32,000 nucleotides of DNA from Nostoc punctiforme PCC 73102 (GTDB taxonomy: Bacteria > Cyanobacteriota > Cyanobacteriia > Cyanobacteriales > Nostocaceae). The translations under genes were made by a program, and so were the position numbers. Below, piece after piece: positions 27,323-32,000 of this stretch (the stretch's first letter is position 1; the number at the start of each line of letters is the position of its first letter). The notes beneath the pieces were generated by a model, which searched no databases, was not told where the DNA came from, and saw only the letters and a program-made list of their open reading frames with translations. The DNA is taken from the NCBI RefSeq assembly GCF_000020025.1, contig NC_010628.1, positions 3,300,001-3,332,000 of the forward strand. The letters run 5' to 3'.

Positions 27323-29520
27323 TTGGCGCTTTGCAGCATGAATATTCTGATGTTCGTAGGAGAGCCGTATATGCGTTAGGAGAAATCGGCAATGAAGCGG
27401 CGGTATCTGCCTTAATTGGCGCTTTGCAGCATGAATATTCTGATGTTCGTTGTAGTGCCGCAGATGCGTTAGGAAAAATCGGCAATGAAGCGGCGGTATC
27501 TGCCTTAATTGGCGCTTTGCAGGATGAAGATTTTGATGTTCGTAGGAGAGCCGCAGATGCGTTAGGAAAAATCGGCAATGAAGCGGCGGTATCTGCCTTA
27601 ATTGGCGCTTTGCAGCATGAATATTCTGATGTTCGTAGGAGAGCCGTATATGCGTTAGGAGAAATCGGCAATGAAGCGGCGGTATCTGCCTTAATTGGCG
27701 CTTTGCAGCATGAATATTCTGATGTTCGTAGGAGAGCCGTATATGCGTTAGGAGAAATCGGCAATGAAGCGGCGGTATCTGCCTTAATTGGCGCTTTGCA
27801 GCATGAATATTCTGATGTTCGTTGTAGTGCCGCAGATGCGTTAGGAAAAATCGGCAATGAAGCGGCGGTATCTGCCTTAATTGGCGCTTTGCAGGATGAA
27901 GATTTTGATGTTCGTGGGAGAGCCGCAGATGCGTTAGGAAAAATCGGCAATGAAGCGGCGGTATCTGCCTTAATTGACGCTTTGCAGGATGAAGATTTTG
28001 ATGTTCGTGGGAGAGCCGCAGATGCGTTAGGAAAAATCGGCAATGAAGCGGCGGTATCTGCCTTAATTGGCGCTTTGCAGCATGAATATTCTGATGTTCG
28101 TTGTAGTGCCGCAGATGCGTTAGGAGAAATCGGCAATGAAGCGGCGGTATCTGCCTTAATTGGCGCTTTGCAGCATGAATATTCTGATGTTCGTAGGAGA
28201 GCCGTATATGCGTTAGGAGAAATCGGCAATGAAGCGGCGGTATCTGCCTTAATTGGCGCTTTGCAGCATGAATATTCTGATGTTCGTAGGAGAGCCGTAT
28301 ATGCGTTAGGAGAAATCGGCAATGAAGCGGCGGTATCTGCCTTAATTGGCGCTTTGCAGCATGAATATTCTGATGTTCGTTGTAGTGCCGCAGATGCGTT
28401 AGGAAAAATCGGCAATGAAGCGGCGGTATCTGCCTTAATTGGCGCTTTGCAGGATGAAGATTTTGATGTTCGTGGGAGAGCCGCAGATGCGTTAGGAAAA
28501 ATCGGCAATGAAGCGGCGGTATCTGCCTTAATTGACGCTTTGCAGGATGAAGATTTTGATGTTCGTGGGAGAGCCGCAGATGCGTTAGGAAAAATCGGCA
28601 ATGAAGCGGCGGTATCTGCCTTAATTGGCGCTTTGCAGCATGAATATTCTGATGTGCGTTGTAGTGCCGCAGATGCGTTAGGAGAAATCGGCAATGAAGC
28701 GGCGGTATCTGCCTTAATTGGCGCTTTGCAGCATGAATATTCTGATGTTCGTAGGAGAGCCGTATATGCGTTAGGAGAAATCGGCAATGAAGCGGCGGTA
28801 TCTGCCTTAATTGGCGCTTTGCAGCATGAATATTCTGATGTTCGTAGGAGAGCCGTATATGCGTTAGGAGAAATCGGCAATGAAGCGGCGGTATCTGCCT
28901 TAATTGACGCTTTGCAGGATGAAGATTCTGATGTTCGTTGTAGTGCCGCAGATGCGTTAGGAAAAATCGGCAATGAAGCGGCGGTATCTGCCTTAATTGA
29001 CGCTTTGCAGGATGAAGATTTTGATGTTCGTGGGAGAGCCGCAGATGCGTTAGGAAAAATCGGCAATGAAGCGGCGGTATCTGCCTTAATTGACGCTTTG
29101 CAGGATGAAGATTTTGATGTTCGTGGGAGAGCCGCAGATGCGTTAGGAAAAATCGGCAATGAAGCGGCGGTATCTGCCTTAATTGGCGCTTTGCAGGATG
29201 AAGATTTTGATGTTCGTAGGAGAGCCGTATATGCGTTAGGAGAAATCGGCAATGAAGCGGCGGTATCTGCCTTAATTGGCGCTTTGCAGCATGAATATTC
29301 TGATGTTCGTTGTAGTGCCGCAGATGCGTTAGGAAAAATCGGCAATGAAGCGGCGGTATCTGCCTTAATTGGCGCTTTGCAGGATGAAGATTTTGATGTT
29401 CGTGGGAGAGCCGCAGATGCGTTAGGAAAAATCGGCAATGAAGCGGCGGTATCTGCCTTAATTTACGCTTTGCAGGATGAAGATTCTGATGTTCGTTGTA
29501 GTGCTGCAGATGCGTTAGTA
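27242..29520 (+). repeat. Tandem array of about 25 near-identical 93-bp coding repeats, with a 558-bp higher-order repeat
   Basis: The unit-initial CAG codon sits at 27242, then at 27334 + 93k for k = 0..23. Units 4-9 (27613-28170) and 10-15 (28171-28728) encode identical protein, and the only nucleotide difference I found is gtt/gtg at 28656. Confidence 0.95.
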
Positions 29521-30129
29521 AAAATTGCTGACTCTGAAGTTTTGTGTCAGATATGGGAATTACAATTAAAAACACCATCACAAGATAAAAGCGATGCAAT
29601 TTCTAAAATTCAAGAGCGGTGCAAATTTTATAACCATGAAATTTTTTATTCTGTCTTGAATGAGGAAACAAATAACGCCGATCCTTTAACTAGTGTTCTA
29701 AGCAAACTTGATAAAACACTGATAACTATGTCAGAAACTCCTAAAAATGATTTCACAGGTGCTACCTTTGGCCCCATTACAGGCAGTGTTACAGGAAATA
29801 TCCAAGGTGATAATATTGGCACTCAAAACAATTACGCGTCTACAGAAGATATTGCTAAATTAGAAACTGTGCTTGAGCAGTTACTTGAGAAAATGGAGCA
29901 GGATAAACCGACTGTAATCGATGCTCAACCGATTGTTGCTCAAGCTGTTGAGAGTCATCCAGTACTTAAAAATAGGCAAGCAATTGAGCAAGTTATCAAA
30001 AATAATCCAATGCTCAAAGTACGTTTGCAAAGAGCAGTGACAGCAGCAGGTATTGAGACTGTAAAGATTTTATTTGCTCCTGCTGGTATTGCGATTGAAG
30101 CAATTAGGGCTTGGAATGAACCTAGCTAG
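27331..30129 (+). CDS. HEAT repeat (PBS-lyase HEAT-like) domain protein fragment: 24 repeat units plus a 200-aa unique tail
   Basis: 31-aa units of the form [31 protein letters not shown] repeat with an exact 93-nt period from 27334. Confidence 0.85.
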   Translation: MQHEYSDVRRRAVYALGEIGNEAAVSALIGALQHEYSDVRCSAADALGKIGNEAAVSALIGALQDEDFDVRRRAADALGKIGNEAAVSALIGALQHEYSDVRRRAVYALGEIGNEAAVSALIGALQHEYSDVRRRAVYALGEIGNEAAVSALIGALQHEYSDVRCSAADALGKIGNEAAVSALIGALQDEDFDVRGRAADALGKIGNEAAVSALIDALQDEDFDVRGRAADALGKIGNEAAVSALIGALQHEYSDVRCSAADALGEIGNEAAVSALIGALQHEYSDVRRRAVYALGEIGNEAAVSALIGALQHEYSDVRRRAVYALGEIGNEAAVSALIGALQHEYSDVRCSAADALGKIGNEAAVSALIGALQDEDFDVRGRAADALGKIGNEAAVSALIDALQDEDFDVRGRAADALGKIGNEAAVSALIGALQHEYSDVRCSAADALGEIGNEAAVSALIGALQHEYSDVRRRAVYALGEIGNEAAVSALIGALQHEYSDVRRRAVYALGEIGNEAAVSALIDALQDEDSDVRCSAADALGKIGNEAAVSALIDALQDEDFDVRGRAADALGKIGNEAAVSALIDALQDEDFDVRGRAADALGKIGNEAAVSALIGALQDEDFDVRRRAVYALGEIGNEAAVSALIGALQHEYSDVRCSAADALGKIGNEAAVSALIGALQDEDFDVRGRAADALGKIGNEAAVSALIYALQDEDSDVRCSAADALVKIADSEVLCQIWELQLKTPSQDKSDAISKIQERCKFYNHEIFYSVLNEETNNADPLTSVLSKLDKTLITMSETPKNDFTGATFGPITGSVTGNIQGDNIGTQNNYASTEDIAKLETVLEQLLEKMEQDKPTVIDAQPIVAQAVESHPVLKNRQAIEQVIKNNPMLKVRLQRAVTAAGIETVKILFAPAGIAIEAIRAWNEPS

Positions 30130-30202
30130 ACGTACCCCTCCTATTCCTGTTTCACTTTAAGAGGATGTTTTAAAAGTTCTTTGGTGGGTAGCAAAACATT
30201 TT

Positions 30203-30372
30203 AGATCCCCCTAAATCCCCCGATAAATTGGGGGACTTTGATTCCGGTTCCCCCCTTTTTAAGGCTACAGTATACACACAAGTCAAATTACCCCCCTTAA
30301 TCTCCCCTTGGAAAGGGGGGAAACAGGAAATCTAGTTCCCTCCCCTTTCCAAGGGGAGGGTTAGGGTGGGGT
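30203..30372. repeat. Cluster of short G/C-run hairpin repeats between convergent genes
   Basis: Examples are gatccccctaaatcccccgataaattggggg, ccccttggaaagggg, and the perfect 10-bp stem ccctcccctt-tcc-aaggggaggg (30338-30360). Related motifs occur at 16865-16882 and 25478-25620. Confidence 0.6.
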
Positions 30373-30401
30373 AAGAGTGACATAAAAACTCAGTGAGTAA
30401 A

Positions 30402-31121
30402 CTATTTCAGACTTGTGTATTTCTTCAATTGCTGCACAAACGCATCATATTCCGGTGACTTCAACCCCAATTGCACTACCTCCAACACTCGCACCATCTG
30501 ATTGTTTAACAACGCTTCCACTGCTAACCACAAACCCGGAAACACCTGAGAGCGAATAATTTCATCTGCACTGGGAGATAGCGATCGATAATCGCCATCA
30601 ATTAGGCAAAACCATTCAATTTGATTCTCGTAAGATTGCCAGATTACGTATTCCAACACCCCATTACGGCGATAAACCTGCTTTTTGCTCCCTGTATCGA
30701 TCGCAACGCTACTTGCTGCAATTTCAACAATCAATTCGGGAGATCCTTCAATGTAACCGTCGCTGCTCAAACGGGTTTGTCCGCCTGCGTTTGGTTTAAT
30801 AAACAGCACTACATCTGGCTGGGGTTCATTGTCTAAATCTAGTCTGACGGTTGGGGCATCACTCAAATCAACGCCAGGAGTCAATGATTAGTAGACTCCT
30901 AACCAAGTTATGGCCCGACTGTGGGGTTTGCCATGCTGCTCATGTCTTACAGGAGATGCTACGTAAACGATTCCTTCAATCAGTTCTGCTTTCTTGATAT
31001 GGGGTGCAGCCGCATAACGCCGTTCAAATTCAGGGCGAGTTAGGCGATGTCTACGACGGGCTACGCCTACGCCACTTTCAAGCGGAGGCAGATGTCTCTG
31101 GGGTGAGTACTCTCTAACCAT
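30402..31121 (-). pseudogene. Uma2 family (DUF820, PD-(D/E)XK-like) endonuclease with an in-frame TAA stop
   Basis: ORFs 30888-31163 and 30402-30884 are in the same frame: …ITWLGVY-TAA-S-L-TPGVDLSDAPTVRLD… The likely start is ATG 31119-31121 ([10 protein letters not shown]). The downstream part has the typical Uma2 motif PELIVEIAASS. Confidence 0.8.
31045..31072. repeat. 28-nt dispersed repeat, copy 2 (in-frame inside the Uma2 gene)
   Basis: Identical to 22668-22695. On the minus strand it encodes GVGVARRRH within [19 protein letters not shown]. Confidence 0.9.
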
Positions 31122-31544
31122 TTGCCCATCCTTGGAGTTGCCGGATACTTCTGACTTTAGCAAACCTCAGTTATCAGTTAGAATTTATTGATTTGCTGCT
31201 TTCCTCAAATTCCAAAAATTATAAAATGTAATGTTAATTGTGATCGTGTGTTCTACTGTGCGATCGCTTACTCGCCCAACTTAGGCATCGCCGACAATTG
31301 ATGCTGCATAACAGAGGCCAACTAGCTATCATTAGCTAAGTGGTATGCCAGATAAATTGACGGCAATACCGTTTAGTTAGCAGTCTTTATCAACTGCTTA
31401 CACTCGCACCCATAAAAATTAGTTTGATCCACCTTCTATTCCCTGCTTTTTATTGTGATACGCATTGGCTCAAAGTACTCTAAATAAGTACGGGGTGCAA
31501 AAAATACAAAAATTTCTTCAAGGATTAAGATTAAGGATACGGCT

Positions 31545-32000
31545 ATGGCAACCGAACAGTTAACTAGAGATAGCGATAATCTAGATTTAAATCAGCTACT
31601 AAGAACGCTGAATGCTGTTAAACAAGGTGACTTCTCGGCTCGGATGCCCATAGACCATACTGGTGTGGCGGGGAAAATAGCTGACACGCTCAATGATATT
31701 ATTGACCAGAATGAGCGGATGGCGGCAGAACTACAACGGATTGGTAATGTTGTCGGCAAAGAAGGCAAAATTGCTGAACGTGCCTCTCTCGGAGATGTTC
31801 GTGGTTCTTGGTCAAATTGTGTTACTTCTGTCAATACTCTAATTACAGATTTAGTTCAACCAACAGCGGAAACTACGCGGGTAATTCGGTCGGTTGCTAA
31901 TGGTGATTTATCCCAAACGATCGCAACAGAAATTGACGGCAGACCTCTTCAAGGTGAGTTTCTCCAAACTGCGAATATCGTCAACACGATGGTAGATCGG
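31545..32000 (+). CDS. HAMP domain-containing sensor protein (N-terminal part of a multi-HAMP signalling protein); 3' end cut by the window
   Basis: ATG 31545 with aagga upstream. There are 152 codons open to the window end: MATEQL…LNAVKQGDFSARMPIDHTGVAGKIADTLNDIIDQNERMAAELQRIGNVVGKEGKI…SVANGDLSQTIATEIDGRPLQGEFLQTANIVNTMVDR. This is the repeated HAMP pattern. Confidence 0.85.
   Translation, partial: MATEQLTRDSDNLDLNQLLRTLNAVKQGDFSARMPIDHTGVAGKIADTLNDIIDQNERMAAELQRIGNVVGKEGKIAERASLGDVRGSWSNCVTSVNTLITDLVQPTAETTRVIRSVANGDLSQTIATEIDGRPLQGEFLQTANIVNTMVDR

Larger units (their letters stand above)
25735..30129 (+). pseudogene. Reconstructed single gene: NACHT-type STAND NTPase + HEAT-repeat array + unique C-terminal tail, interrupted by two frameshifts
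   Basis: Three co-linear ORFs whose products continue one another across a 37-nt insertion (26084-26120) and an A5-to-A4 deletion (27289-27292). Confidence 0.75.

Noticed and set aside
22726-29520. CRISPR array (regular repeats at 22726-22977 and 27242-29520)
   Set aside because: Neither has repeat-spacer organisation. The 93-bp units are contiguous coding repeats, and the 84-bp units are contiguous diverged tandem copies. No cas genes are present.
27219-29599. Two very long minus-strand ORFs (739 aa and 771 aa) across the HEAT array
   Set aside because: They are artefacts of a stop-free 93-bp unit repeated 25 times. Their products are low-complexity periodic sequences with no recognisable fold, whereas the plus-strand frame gives canonical HEAT-like repeats continuous with the NACHT gene.
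11981-30129. Diversity-generating retroelement: an Avd-like four-helix-bundle gene plus a hypervariable repeat protein in one window
   Set aside because: No reverse transcriptase ORF or template/variable repeat pair is visible. Differences among the HEAT units are not adenine-specific (e.g. cat/gat, tat/gat, agg/tgt/ggg). The two loci are 13 kb apart.
31164-31544. tRNA or small RNA gene in the intergenic region before the HAMP gene
   Set aside because: No cloverleaf-compatible acceptor/T-arm pairing or conserved GTTC-type motif could be found by eye. The region is treated as a promoter/leader.

Overview
This 32-kb window has the hallmarks of a filamentous heterocystous cyanobacterium (Nostoc/Anabaena-like). 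It carries frequent HIP1 octamers GCGATCGC (e.g. 317-324, 3486-3493), a heptamer STRR-type tandem repeat and many short dispersed hairpin repeats. Genes that look intact: a 5'-truncated CHAT/TPR protein (1-1619); a heme-oxygenase-like diiron-type protein (4339-5082); a sulfite-oxidase-family molybdoenzyme (5099-6148, minus); a roughly 1870-aa Ser/Thr-kinase + AAA + GAF + histidine-kinase hybrid (6422-12025); a CPA2/Kef-type antiporter with RCK domains (12486-14822, minus); an SDR oxidoreductase (15811-16788, minus); an Amidase_3 protein with two PG-binding repeats and no signal peptide (17053-17994, minus); a short ChlH/BchH-like Mg-chelatase H paralog (18847-22581); a 148-aa hypothetical (24862-25308); and the start of a multi-HAMP sensor (31545 to window end). 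Decayed or accessory content: an IS4/IS701-superfamily IS with two frameshifts (1851-3310) that may sit inside a small MITE-like element; a frameshifted four-helix-bundle (23S rRNA IVS / Avd-like) gene bracketed by G-rich/C-rich inverted arms (11981-12474); an IS630-like remnant (about 15058-15561); an IS5-like IS with perfect 15-bp IRs, a 6-bp TAACTA target duplication and two frameshifts (23014-24751); and a Uma2-family endonuclease gene with an in-frame TAA and an in-frame repeat insertion (30402-31121). The most interesting locus is 25735-30129. It reads as a NACHT-type STAND (NLR-like) NTPase fused to about 25 nearly identical 93-bp HEAT-like repeats. Almost all differences between units are nonsynonymous and confined to about 9 codon positions, and the array contains a 558-bp higher-order duplication. 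The gene is interrupted by a 37-nt insertion and by a 1-nt homopolymer deletion. All family assignments come from motif recognition by eye; no database search was run.
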